This document shows, piece after piece, positions 28,091 through 38,675 of a DNA stretch of 64,000 bases. The notes below the pieces were generated by a model. That model was not told where the DNA came from and did not search any database. It was given only the letters and a program-made list of their open reading frames with translations. The position numbers and the translations under genes were made by a program. How positions within the stretch are numbered: the stretch's first letter is position 1; each line of letters opens with the position of its first letter. Origin of the DNA: Nannocystis bainbridge (GTDB lineage: Bacteria; Myxococcota_A; Polyangia; Nannocystales; Nannocystaceae); NCBI RefSeq assembly GCF_028368995.1, contig NZ_JAQNDL010000001.1, positions 864,001 through 928,000 on the forward strand. Reading direction: 5' to 3'.

Positions 28091-30544
28091 ATGCGCCTCA
28101 GCTACCACCAGCTCGTCGATCGCGTCCGCGCCCGCGTCTCGGGGGTCACTGCCGCGGAGCTCGCGGCGCGGCGCGGCGCCACCGGCGATCGCAGCGTCGT
28201 GCTCGACGTGCGCGAGCCTGAAGAATTCGCCGGCTCGGGCACCCTCGCCGGCGCCGTGCACGTCCCGCGCGGCCTCGTCGAGAAGCTGGCCGCCGACATC
28301 CTGCCCGACCTCGACGCCGCGATCGTCGTCGTCTGCGCCTCCGGGCACCGCGCCGTGCTCGTCGCCGACGTCTTGCAGCTGCTCGGCTACACCCGCGCCC
28401 AGTACCTCGAGGGCGGCCTCTTGGCCTGGCAGGCCGCCGGTCTGCCGGTCGCCGCTTGCGCCGCCGCGCGCGCCGCTGCGGCGTCCGCCTGCGTCCGCAC
28501 CCCGACCTGGGCCGACATCCGCGCCGCCTTCCCGATCGTCGGCCGCCAGGTCCCGGTCATGGGCGAGGGCGAGCGGGCCCTCCTCTACCTCGATCACGCC
28601 GCCTCCACCCACGCCCCCGATCGGGTCCTCGATCGCTACGCCCGCTTCATGGCCGGCGAGTACGCCAACATCCACCGCGGCACCCACCTGCTCTCGCGCA
28701 AGGCCACCGAGCACTTCGACGAGTGTTACTACGTCGTCTCCGACTTCATCGGCGGCGACCTCGAGCGCGACTGCGTGGTCTTCCTCGGCAACACCACCCA
28801 GGCCGTCGACCTCGCCGCCCACGTCATGGCCGCGCTGCCGGGCAAGGTCATCGTCACCGAGCTCGAGCACCACTCCAACGACCTCCCGCACCGCAACCGC
28901 GGCCCCGTCCTGCGCGCCCGGATCACCCCTGACGGTCGCCTCGACATGGACCACCTGGCCCAGCTGTTGCGGCACAACCAGGTCAAGCTGGTCGCCGTCA
29001 CCGGCGCCAGCAACGTCACCGGCTGGATGCCCGACATCCACGCCATCGCCCGCCTCGCCCACGAGCACGGCGCGCTGATCCTCGTCGACGCCGCCCAGCT
29101 GCTCGCGCACCAGCGCATCGACGTGAGGCCCGCCGGCGATCCCGAGCACCTCGATTTCGTCGCCGCCGCCGGTCACAAGGCCTACGCCCCGTTCGGCGCC
29201 GCCTTCCTCTACGGCCCGCGCGGCATCATGGACGCGGCCCCGCCCTACCTGCCCGGTGGTGGCACCGCCTCACGCGTCGGCCCGCACAGCGTCGAGTATG
29301 TCAGCGCCCCCGATCGCCACCAGGGCGGCACCCCCAACATCGGCGGCGTGCTCGCCCTCGCCGAGGCCCTGCGCTTCCTCGACGGCATCGGCATGGCCCA
29401 CGTGCGCCAGCACGAGCTCGCGCTGACGCGGCGGGCCATGGCCGGCATGCAGGCGCTCGGCGTCACCCTCTACGGCCCCGCCGATCCCGACGCCCGCCTC
29501 GGCGTCCTCAGCTTCAACGCCGTCGGCGTCTCCGATCCGCTGGCCGCCGCCGTGCTCAGCGAGGAGCGCGGCATCGCCGTCCGCAACGGTCGCTTCTGCG
29601 CCCACGTCCACGTCGACCGCCTGCTCGCCAGCCAGGGCGGCGCCACCCCCGAGCCCGGCAGCGCCCCCGGGGCCGTGCGCGCCTCGTTCGGCCTCTACAA
29701 CGACGAGGCCGACGTCGACCGCCTGCTCGAGGGCGTGGCTGTCCTTCAGGACAGGCGATGGGTCGGCCGCTACCGCGTCCGCGCCGCCGGCGTCACCGCC
29801 GAATTCGCCGGCCGCTGCAACGACCGCTGGATGGAGGCCGACGCTCCGAGCCCGCCCGCCCACGTCGACGGCGACCCTGGCGACGCCCTGCTGTTCGCCC
29901 AGCTCAACCCGAGCGGCCCGACGCGCTCCTACCTGGTCGCCGATCGCAAGACCGGCGCCGCCATGCTCGTCGATCCGCGGCGCGACCAGGTCGACCGCTA
30001 CCTCGCCGAGCTGCAGCGCCACGGCCTGCGCCTCGAGCTCGTGCTCGACACCCACACCCACGGCGATCACCTCTCCGGCGCCAAGCGGCTCAAGGACCTC
30101 CTCGGCTGCGAGATCGCCATGCACCGGGCCGCCGCCGCTCCCTGCGTCGATCGCCCGCTCGACGACGGCGACTCCATCGCGCTCGGCGGCCTCGCGCTCG
30201 AGGTCTGGCACACCCCCGGCCACACCCCCGACTCCCTGTGCCTCCTCTTGCCCGATCGCGTGCTCACCGGCGACACCTTGTGGCTCGGTGGCACCGGCGG
30301 CTGCGACCTCGCCGGCGACCCGGCCGCCCTCGCCGCCAGCCTGCTGCGCCTGCGCGGGCTGCCCGCCCACACCGAGGTGTGGCCGCTACACGACTTCGAG
30401 GGCCGCGGCCGCGGCACCATCGGCGAGGAGGCCGGCCAGAACCCGTTCCTCCAGGGCGACCTCGGCCAGCTGCGCGCGCGCCTGGCCCCCGGCCGGGCCG
30501 AGGCCAGCGCCGTCAGCCAGGCCAACGCCGCCTGTCAGACATGA
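28091..30544 (+). CDS. Rhodanese + SufS-type cysteine desulfurase + MBL-fold persulfide dioxygenase-like fusion protein
   Basis: LDVREPEE..VCASGHRA; YLDHAAST, HRG, EHHSN, DAAQ, GHK, GTPN, RNGRFCAH; THTHGDH, TPGHT, TGDTL, TIGEE..NPFL. Confidence 0.9.
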   Translation: MRLSYHQLVDRVRARVSGVTAAELAARRGATGDRSVVLDVREPEEFAGSGTLAGAVHVPRGLVEKLAADILPDLDAAIVVVCASGHRAVLVADVLQLLGYTRAQYLEGGLLAWQAAGLPVAACAAARAAAASACVRTPTWADIRAAFPIVGRQVPVMGEGERALLYLDHAASTHAPDRVLDRYARFMAGEYANIHRGTHLLSRKATEHFDECYYVVSDFIGGDLERDCVVFLGNTTQAVDLAAHVMAALPGKVIVTELEHHSNDLPHRNRGPVLRARITPDGRLDMDHLAQLLRHNQVKLVAVTGASNVTGWMPDIHAIARLAHEHGALILVDAAQLLAHQRIDVRPAGDPEHLDFVAAAGHKAYAPFGAAFLYGPRGIMDAAPPYLPGGGTASRVGPHSVEYVSAPDRHQGGTPNIGGVLALAEALRFLDGIGMAHVRQHELALTRRAMAGMQALGVTLYGPADPDARLGVLSFNAVGVSDPLAAAVLSEERGIAVRNGRFCAHVHVDRLLASQGGATPEPGSAPGAVRASFGLYNDEADVDRLLEGVAVLQDRRWVGRYRVRAAGVTAEFAGRCNDRWMEADAPSPPAHVDGDPGDALLFAQLNPSGPTRSYLVADRKTGAAMLVDPRRDQVDRYLAELQRHGLRLELVLDTHTHGDHLSGAKRLKDLLGCEIAMHRAAAAPCVDRPLDDGDSIALGGLALEVWHTPGHTPDSLCLLLPDRVLTGDTLWLGGTGGCDLAGDPAALAASLLRLRGLPAHTEVWPLHDFEGRGRGTIGEEAGQNPFLQGDLGQLRARLAPGRAEASAVSQANAACQT

Positions 30545-30613
30545 ACCTTCGGACATGCCCGATCGGCCATGCCCTGCGGGACATGGCCCCGGGAACATGC
30601 CCCGAGGGCCACC
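30538..30613. repeat. 14-bp unit array at a convergent junction (overlaps the stop codon)
   Basis: CATG at 30540, 30554, 30568, 30582, 30596; CACC at 30610. Confidence 0.9.
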
Positions 30614-30616
30614 CGC

Positions 30617-31438
<822 letters not shown>

Positions 31439-31480
31439 ACTGTCAATATACCACGTTCAGCGCCGGCCGGCCGCCGACCA

Positions 31481-31498
31481 CATGTCCCGAGGGACATG
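31481..31498. repeat. Perfect TGTC-N6-GACA unit in a divergent intergenic region
   Basis: CATGTCCCGAGGGACATG. Confidence 0.75.
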
Positions 31499-31563
31499 CG
31501 ACCCTGTGACTCCGGCGTCGCCCGCTCGCACCCGCCCGCACGTCCTACGCTATCGTCGCCGGC

Positions 31564-33762
31564 ATGCGGACGCGCTCGCTCTGGTCTCTCCTCGCCCTGC
31601 TGGCCGGTTGCGCCGACCGCGGGCGCGAGCCGGCGGATCCACCGTCCACGCCCGGCGACCGCGACGCACCGGGTCCGACGCTCGCGCTCGGCGTCAGCCA
31701 CACCTGCGCGCTCGAACGCGGCGAGGTGTACTGCTGGGGCTTCGGCGGTCACGGTCAGCTCGGCCTCGGCGACCGCAGCGATCGCAGCGAGCCCACGCGC
31801 GTGCCCGGCCTCGCCGACGTCGTCGCCGTCACCGCGGGCACCTGGCACACCTGCGCCCTGCGGCGCGGCGGCGAGGTCCTGTGCTGGGGCGATGGTTCGC
31901 TCGGCCAGCTCGGCGACGGCCTCCTCGGCACCCGCCCGCGCCCGAGCCCCGTCGCCGGTCTGCGGGCCGTGGCGATCGGCGCCGGTGGTTCTCACACCTG
32001 CGCGATCGACCCTGTCCGAAAGGTCCTGTGCTGGGGCTCCAACGACCGCGGCGAGTCCGGCCCCGGCGCGGCGCCGATCGTGCGCCCGGCCGCGGTGCCC
32101 GGCGCCCCTACCGCCGACGCGATCGCCGTCGGCGAGCCGTTCGCCTGCGCCCTCGCCGACGGCCTCGTCACCTGCTGGGGCCGCGATCCGCTGCGCGACG
32201 GCGCCGGCACCGAACCCGCCGAAGTGCCCGCGCTCGCCGGCGCCGTCAGCCTCGCGGCCGGCGTCGACCACCTGTGCGCCGTCGGCCGCGACGATCGCCT
32301 CCTGTGCATCGGGACAGGTTCCGAAGGACAGCTCGGTGACGGCCGCCCGCCGGCGATCGAGCCGCCGCGCAGCCCCCACGGGGTCGCCATGGCCCGCCCG
32401 CGGCTCGCCGAGGTCGCCGACGTCACTGACGTCGCCGCCGCCGCCGTCGGCGATCAATTCGCCTGCGCGCTCCGGCGCTCCGGCGGCGTCGCCTGCTGGG
32501 GCGGCAATCGCGACGGCCAGCTCGGCGACGGCGGCCAGATCCCCCGCGATCGTCCTTCGCCTGTGCGTGACCTCGACGACGCCGTCGAGCTCGTCGCCGG
32601 CACCGCGCACGCCTGCGCCCGGCGCACCCGCGGCGACCTGGTGTGCTGGGGCTACAACGAATTCGCCCAGGCTGGCGAGCGCACCACCGCCGCTGCTGCC
32701 CCCACCGTGCACGCCCTCGCCGCCGCCGGCCTCGCCGTCGGCGACTCCCACGCCTGCGCCTGGAACGCCGACGGCGCCTGGTGCTGGGGCGACGGGACCT
32801 ACGGTCAGCTCGGCGACGGCGCCCGCGACCGCCGCGACGTCCCGACCGCGGTGCCCGGCCTCGGCCGCGTGCGCGAGCTGGTCGTCGGCGCGCGTCACAC
32901 CTGTGCTTTGGAACATGGCGGAACAGTCATGTGCTGGGGCGACGACAGCTTCGGCCAGCTGGCCGGTCGCGGCGTCCCGCGGGGCGAGCCGATCGACGAA
33001 CATCGCGGACCGCTGCCGCTGCCGCCGATCGAGGCCCGCAGTCGACCGCGCGCGGGCCCCGTGGCCGGGCTCGCGGACATCGTCGACCTCGCCGTCCACG
33101 AGCACCGCACCTGCGCCCTGCGGCGGGACGGCGCGGTGGTGTGCTGGCACGCCTTCGCCGACCAGCCGCTGGACCACGCGCGCACGATCGCCGGCGCCGT
33201 CGAGATCGCCGTCGGCGCCGCGCACGCATGCACGCGCGACACGACCGGCCGCGTCCGCTGTTGGGGCACCAACCACAGCGGTCGCCTCGGCGACGGCACC
33301 ACCGAGTCCCGCGACGCCGACGTCGCCGTCCGCGGGCTCGACGACGCCGTCGCGCTCGCGGCCGGTCGCCTCCACACCTGCGCCTTGCGGCGCGGCGGCG
33401 ACGTCGTGTGCTGGGGCGACGGTCTGATGGGTCAGCTCGGCGACGGCACGCGGGCAGGTCGCCCGACCCCGACCCGCGTCGCCGAGCTCGGTCGCGTGCG
33501 CGCGATCGCGGCGGGCGAGGACGCCACCTGTTCGATCGGACAGGCGCACGATATCCACTGCTGGGGCGACGGCGCGGCCGCGGGCCGTCGCTTCACGCCC
33601 CAGCGCGTCGACCTCGGCCCCGCATCGCTGCTCGCCGTCGGCGCGCAGACTGCGTGCGCCGGCGAGGGCGAGCGCGTCGTGTGTTGGGGCCAGGCTCTCC
33701 CGCCACCGATCACGCGCACGTGGGACGTCGTCACCACACCGCGCGTGATCGCGCTGCCGTGA
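31564..33762 (+). CDS. RCC1-repeat (BLIP-II-like) lipoprotein
   Basis: LAGC lipobox; more than 10 repeats of AGxxHTCAL...V.CWG....GQLGDG. Confidence 0.92.
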   Translation: MRTRSLWSLLALLAGCADRGREPADPPSTPGDRDAPGPTLALGVSHTCALERGEVYCWGFGGHGQLGLGDRSDRSEPTRVPGLADVVAVTAGTWHTCALRRGGEVLCWGDGSLGQLGDGLLGTRPRPSPVAGLRAVAIGAGGSHTCAIDPVRKVLCWGSNDRGESGPGAAPIVRPAAVPGAPTADAIAVGEPFACALADGLVTCWGRDPLRDGAGTEPAEVPALAGAVSLAAGVDHLCAVGRDDRLLCIGTGSEGQLGDGRPPAIEPPRSPHGVAMARPRLAEVADVTDVAAAAVGDQFACALRRSGGVACWGGNRDGQLGDGGQIPRDRPSPVRDLDDAVELVAGTAHACARRTRGDLVCWGYNEFAQAGERTTAAAAPTVHALAAAGLAVGDSHACAWNADGAWCWGDGTYGQLGDGARDRRDVPTAVPGLGRVRELVVGARHTCALEHGGTVMCWGDDSFGQLAGRGVPRGEPIDEHRGPLPLPPIEARSRPRAGPVAGLADIVDLAVHEHRTCALRRDGAVVCWHAFADQPLDHARTIAGAVEIAVGAAHACTRDTTGRVRCWGTNHSGRLGDGTTESRDADVAVRGLDDAVALAAGRLHTCALRRGGDVVCWGDGLMGQLGDGTRAGRPTPTRVAELGRVRAIAAGEDATCSIGQAHDIHCWGDGAAAGRRFTPQRVDLGPASLLAVGAQTACAGEGERVVCWGQALPPPITRTWDVVTTPRVIALP

Positions 33763-33877
33763 GCGCGACGTCGCTGCGGCGCCGACGCGGCGCCGCACCG
33801 GCGCTCGCGCAGCTTGAAAGCCGAAGCGTCGCCGGGCGATAGTCGTGATCGGCTCGACTCTTCGCGCGGTGAAAATT

Positions 33878-35311
33878 ATGGCACGCAAAACTTCTCTCGT
33901 ATGGATGACTTCGCTCGGCCTCGTCGTGGGTTGCGGTGACGACGGCGACGCGACGTCGCAGACCGGCGCCGCCTCCCAGGGCACCATGTCGACTCTGGTG
34001 ACCACGGTCGACACGGTCGCCACCATGGACGGCACCGAATCCGCCACTGGCACCCCGCCGACCACCACCGAGGGCACCATGGGCGCCACCAGCGACAGCT
34101 CGGGCGTGCCGACCTCGACCAGCGAGAGCACCTCGACCGGCATGGTCACGGCGACCATGGGCAGCACCGAGACCGTCACCGACACGCTGGCGACCGACCC
34201 GTCCGAGACGGCGACCTCGAGCACCAGCGACAGCGACAGCGACACGAGCACCACCGTCGACACCACCTCGACGACCTCGACCACCGACACCACGACCACG
34301 ACCACCGGCGACCCGGGCACCACCACCGAGGACACGCCCTGCAACGAGATGCAGGTGACGCTGACCCCGGTCGTGCCGAACGTCATGCTCGTGCTCGACA
34401 AGTCCGGCTCGATGCTGTCGCTGTGGGACCACGACGCCAACGCCAACACCCCGACCGTGAGCCGCTGGTACAGCCTCTACGCCGTCGTCGACCAGGTGCT
34501 CACCAACTTCAACGCCAAGTTCAACTTCGGCATGAACCTGTTCCCCAACAAGCAGGCGGTCGACACCTACGTCGTCGGCGCCTGTCCGGTGAACGGCAAC
34601 GTCGAGGTCCCGGTCGCGCCGTTCAACAAGAACCCGATCCTCAACGCCCTGCCGGCGCAGAACAACAACACCATCAAGGGCGGCACCCCGGCCCAGGCCG
34701 GCGTCCTGGCCGCGCTGACCCACCTCAAGACCCTCGACCCGATGGTCCCGCGGGCGATCATGCTCATCACCGACGGCGCCGCCAACTGCACCACTGGTCT
34801 GCAGCCCCCGCCGCTGTTCGAGAACTACGACCAATCGCTGCACACCCTGGTCGGCAACGCCTGGACGCAGGACACCATCCCGACCTACGTCATCGGCATC
34901 GCCATCGCCAACTCGGTCTCGCCGGTGCAGATGGACGGCAGCCCCGACAGCACCAACCCGTACGTCAAGCTCAACGAGCTGGCGACCCAGGGCGGCACCG
35001 CCAAGCCCGGGCCCGAGAAGTTCTACAGCGCCGACAACCAGGTCGAGCTGCAGGCCGCGCTCAACGCCATCGTCACCGACGCCCAGAGCTGCGTGATCGC
35101 CCTCAACGACGAGCCCGGGTTCCCGCAGTTCACCAAGGTCAAGATCGGCGACGTCGAGGTGCCGAAGATCAATAACTGCGCCAACGAGAACGGCTGGAAG
35201 TACACCGACCCCGCGCCGCCGTACGTCGCCATCGAGCTGTGCGGCACCGCCTGCAACTCGCTCAAGCAGACCGGCGAGGCCGGCGTCGAGTACTACTGCA
35301 AGCCGGCCTGA
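33878..35311 (+). CDS. von Willebrand A domain lipoprotein with Thr-rich stalk
   Basis: VVGC lipobox; MIDAS LDKSGSM, GTP, LITDG, TYVIG. Start ATG 33878. Confidence 0.88.
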   Translation: MARKTSLVWMTSLGLVVGCGDDGDATSQTGAASQGTMSTLVTTVDTVATMDGTESATGTPPTTTEGTMGATSDSSGVPTSTSESTSTGMVTATMGSTETVTDTLATDPSETATSSTSDSDSDTSTTVDTTSTTSTTDTTTTTTGDPGTTTEDTPCNEMQVTLTPVVPNVMLVLDKSGSMLSLWDHDANANTPTVSRWYSLYAVVDQVLTNFNAKFNFGMNLFPNKQAVDTYVVGACPVNGNVEVPVAPFNKNPILNALPAQNNNTIKGGTPAQAGVLAALTHLKTLDPMVPRAIMLITDGAANCTTGLQPPPLFENYDQSLHTLVGNAWTQDTIPTYVIGIAIANSVSPVQMDGSPDSTNPYVKLNELATQGGTAKPGPEKFYSADNQVELQAALNAIVTDAQSCVIALNDEPGFPQFTKVKIGDVEVPKINNCANENGWKYTDPAPPYVAIELCGTACNSLKQTGEAGVEYYCKPA

Positions 35312-35344
35312 TGGGCTCGGTGCATTCGCCCGATCGCCAGCGGC

Positions 35345-35480
35345 GGTCGGTGCGGCCATTCGCGGGGGCGCTCGTCGATCGCGGGCGCCCCGGTCGGCGC
35401 GGCCATTGGCGCGAGGCGCTCGTCGAATGCGGAGCGCCCCTGTCGGCGCGGCCATTGGCGTGAGCGCCCCTATCGGCGCA
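35345..35480. repeat. Imperfect tandem repeat of about 48 bp, intergenic
   Basis: GGCCATT(C/G)GCG cores at 35354, 35401, 35450; GGCGCTCGTCGA and GCGCCCC..TCGGCGC also repeated. Confidence 0.7.
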
Positions 35481-35648
35481 CGAGGACGCCAGCCGGCGGG
35501 CCGGACGTGCGGGGCTGCGCGCCGCATTGCGCGGCCCCGGCTGCGCGCCGCATTGCGCGGTCCAGGCGAGCGGACGCAGCTCCCGAGCGAGGTGCTCGCG
35601 CGCGCGGCATGATTGCTGAGTAGCGCGGCCCCTGGTAGGGTGGCTGAA

Positions 35649-37751
35649 ATGCGTTACATCCGTCCCGATGTCGTGGCTCTCGTGTCGTGCGCCGTGTTGC
35701 TCGCGGCCTGCGGCGACGATCAGCCGGTCACTTCCACTGATACTACCCCGCAGATCACGTCCGCGACCAACCAGACCACCAACCAGGTCTCGTCGACCAG
35801 CGGCCCGCAGGACACCGATCCGACCACCGGCACGCCGACCGAGCCCGGCACCAGCTCGCTCGGCACCGAGTCGAACGGCACCGACACCACCGGCACGCCC
35901 GGGACCTCGACCACCGATCCCGGCGGCACCGACACCGACACGACCGGGCCCGACCCGAGCACCACGACCACCGATCCCGGGACCTCGACGATGACGATGC
36001 CGTGCGAGGAGGCGAACTGTCCCATGGGCCAGTTCTGCGATCCCGTCAGCGATCAGTGCATCCCCGGCTGCAACGACGACTCCGACTGCAACGCCCCCTC
36101 CAAGTGCGACGTCGGCAGCAACACCTGTAAGGGCTGCCTCGGCGACGGCGACTGTCCGCTCGGCACCGTGTGCGACGCCGGCGAGTGCACGCCCGGCTGC
36201 AACGACATGCAGCCGTGCCAGGACGGCCTCGCCTGCTGCAGCAACACCTGCCTCGACCTGCTGGTCGACGTCGACAACTGTCAGGCCTGCGGCAACGTCT
36301 GCCCGGTCCCGCCGAACGCCGCGGCGACCTGCGCGATGGGCCAGTGCGGACTCGGGGCCTGCAAGGCGCCGTGGAACGACTGTGACAAGGACCCGGCCAA
36401 CGGCTGCGAGAACCAGGGCCAGTGTCAGTGCACCCCGGGCGCGCAGATGGCCTGCTACACCGGCCCGAACGGGACGCAGGGCGTCGGCATCTGCAAGGAG
36501 GGCGTGCAGACCTGCAACCCGCAGGGCACCGGCTTCGGCCCGTGCACCGGCGAGGTCACGCCCAACCCGACCGAGATCTGCGCCAACAACCTCGACGACA
36601 ACTGCAACGGCCAGACCGACGAGGACTCCGACAAGGACGGCGACGGCTACACCGTGTGCGGCGGCGACTGCTGCGACGAGGTCGGCCCCAGCTGCCTCAA
36701 CCCCGTGCTCGTCAACCCGGGCGCGTTCGAGGTCGGCGGCAACATGGTCGACGACGACTGCGACGGCACCAAGGACAACCCGGTCGCCTCGTGCGACGGC
36801 GGCCTCGCCAGCAACTCCGGCACCCCGATCGACTACGCCAAGGCGATCGACCTGTGCCAGACCACGACCGAGAACCCGCCGCAGAACCAGAAGAAGTGGG
36901 GCGTCATCTCGGGCACGCTCACCCGCGCCGACGGGTCCGGTGCGATCGACGCCCAGGCCCGGTCGATCCGTCCCGGCTTCGGCACCAACGTGGTCCCGCA
37001 GCAGAACGCTCGCCTGGCGATCCTCTCGACCGGCAACGCCGCCGACTCGAACGATGCCAACCCGCCCTACGCCGACTTCCAGACCGGCAAGGACAACGGC
37101 GCCAACAGTGCCGCGCCGGCCGACTGGCTGGCGGCCAACGGCGGCAACTTCCCCAACGCCCCGGGCTGCCCGGGCGCCGGCAGCAACGCGGCCAACAACA
37201 GCGCGATGCTGAAGCTGCGCGTCCGCGTGCCCACCAACGCCAAGTCGTTCAACGTGCAGATGTACTTCTACTCGGCCGAGTGGCCCGAGTGGACCTGCAC
37301 CGCTTACAACGACATGTTCGTGACGCTCGTCAACTCGAACGCCGCCGGCAACCCGGCCGACCGCAACATCGCCATCTACACCACGCCGAACAACCAGAAG
37401 TACCCGGTCGGCGTCAACCTGGTGAAGGCCGCCACCGGCCTGTTCACGCAGTGCAAGAACGGCACGTTCGGCTGCAGCGGCGGCAACGGCGGCAACTACA
37501 ACGGCTGCCTGAGCCAGGCCGGGCTCGCCGGCACCGGCTTCGACATCCTCGAGGGCGGCTGCGGCAACAACAACACCACCGGCGGCGGCACCGGCTGGCT
37601 CAAGATGGCGGGCAACGTCAACGGCGGCGAGGTCATGGAGATCCGGTTCGCCATCTGGGACACCGCCGACGGCGTCTACGACTCGCTGGTCCTGCTCGAC
37701 GACTTTGTGTGGTCGGTCCAGGCCTCGCAGCCCGGCGTGCAGCCCAACTGA
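35649..37751 (+). CDS. Cys-rich lipoprotein with putative metal-binding repeats and a choice-of-anchor L-like C-terminal domain
   Basis: LAAC lipobox, Thr stalk, DVDNCQACGNVC, EICANNLDDNCNGQTDE, DDDCDG, FAIWDTADGVYDSLVLLD. Confidence 0.85.
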   Translation: MRYIRPDVVALVSCAVLLAACGDDQPVTSTDTTPQITSATNQTTNQVSSTSGPQDTDPTTGTPTEPGTSSLGTESNGTDTTGTPGTSTTDPGGTDTDTTGPDPSTTTTDPGTSTMTMPCEEANCPMGQFCDPVSDQCIPGCNDDSDCNAPSKCDVGSNTCKGCLGDGDCPLGTVCDAGECTPGCNDMQPCQDGLACCSNTCLDLLVDVDNCQACGNVCPVPPNAAATCAMGQCGLGACKAPWNDCDKDPANGCENQGQCQCTPGAQMACYTGPNGTQGVGICKEGVQTCNPQGTGFGPCTGEVTPNPTEICANNLDDNCNGQTDEDSDKDGDGYTVCGGDCCDEVGPSCLNPVLVNPGAFEVGGNMVDDDCDGTKDNPVASCDGGLASNSGTPIDYAKAIDLCQTTTENPPQNQKKWGVISGTLTRADGSGAIDAQARSIRPGFGTNVVPQQNARLAILSTGNAADSNDANPPYADFQTGKDNGANSAAPADWLAANGGNFPNAPGCPGAGSNAANNSAMLKLRVRVPTNAKSFNVQMYFYSAEWPEWTCTAYNDMFVTLVNSNAAGNPADRNIAIYTTPNNQKYPVGVNLVKAATGLFTQCKNGTFGCSGGNGGNYNGCLSQAGLAGTGFDILEGGCGNNNTTGGGTGWLKMAGNVNGGEVMEIRFAIWDTADGVYDSLVLLDDFVWSVQASQPGVQPN

Positions 37752-37796
37752 CGCCGGCTCGACAGGCGCGGCGATCGTGATACGTTCGCGCTCGCC

Positions 37797-38576
37797 GTGC
37801 CCGACCTGCCCCGAATCACCATCCTGGGCGCCGGCCGCGTCGGCGGCGCCCTCGCTGCGCAGAGCCCGATCCCCGCCGACCTCGTCACCCGCGAGGCCGG
37901 CTGGGAGGCCCTGGACGGCCCCGCGGGCGCGCCCGTGGTCGTCGCCGTCGACAACGCCGGCCTCGACGCGGCGCTCGCCCGCGTCCCGGCCGCGCGCCGG
38001 CCCGACCTGGTGTTCGTGCAGAACGGGGTGCTCGAGCCGTGGCTGTTCGAACATGGCCTTCAGGACAGCACCCGCGCCCTGCTCTACTTCGCCGTGCCGC
38101 GCCGCGGCGCCGCGATCGAGCCCGGCGGCACCAGCGTGCTGACCGGGCCGCACGCCGAGGCGCTGGCGACCTGGATGCGGGCGATGGACCTGCCGGTCGA
38201 GGTCGTCGCCCGCGAGGCGTTCACCGCGGCGATGCTCGAGAAGCTGATCTGGAACAGCGCGTTCGGCCTCCTGTGCCAGCGGTTCGACTGCAGCGTCGGC
38301 GAGGTGCTGGAGCGCCACGACGAGACCCTCGCCGCCCTCGTCCACGAGCTGCTCGCCGTCGGCCGCGCCGCCCTTGGCGTCGAGCTCGCGGCCGCCCCGC
38401 TGCTGCAGCGCCTGCGCGCCTACTCGCGCGCCATCCCGACGTACCGCGGCGCCGTCAAGGACTGGCGGTGGCGCAATGGCTGGTTCGTCGCCGCCGCGGC
38501 CGAGCACGCGATCGCCACGCCGACGCACCTCGCCCTGCTGCGCGAGGCCGGCGTCGACATGGCCCCAAAGACATGA
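37797..38576 (+). CDS. Ketopantoate reductase-like Rossmann-fold protein
   Basis: ILGAGRVG, FVQNG, EKLIWN. Confidence 0.7.
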   Translation: MPDLPRITILGAGRVGGALAAQSPIPADLVTREAGWEALDGPAGAPVVVAVDNAGLDAALARVPAARRPDLVFVQNGVLEPWLFEHGLQDSTRALLYFAVPRRGAAIEPGGTSVLTGPHAEALATWMRAMDLPVEVVAREAFTAAMLEKLIWNSAFGLLCQRFDCSVGEVLERHDETLAALVHELLAVGRAALGVELAAAPLLQRLRAYSRAIPTYRGAVKDWRWRNGWFVAAAAEHAIATPTHLALLREAGVDMAPKT

Positions 38577-38657
38577 CCTAAAGGACGGGTGGCTGCGCCG
38601 CGCTCCCGGCGTGTCCCGCGATTCATCAGTCGCAGTCAATCTGTCCCGCGAGACAGA
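38556..38657. repeat. 14-bp units at a convergent junction (including the last codons and stop)
   Basis: Cores at 38558, 38572, 38586; perfect TGTCCCGCGAGACA at 38642. Confidence 0.75.
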
Positions 38658-38675
38658 TTGACCGCGAGCGCCGGC

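Noticed and set aside
35262-38639. 1125-aa minus-strand ORF
   Set aside because: Antisense to two well-supported plus-strand genes.
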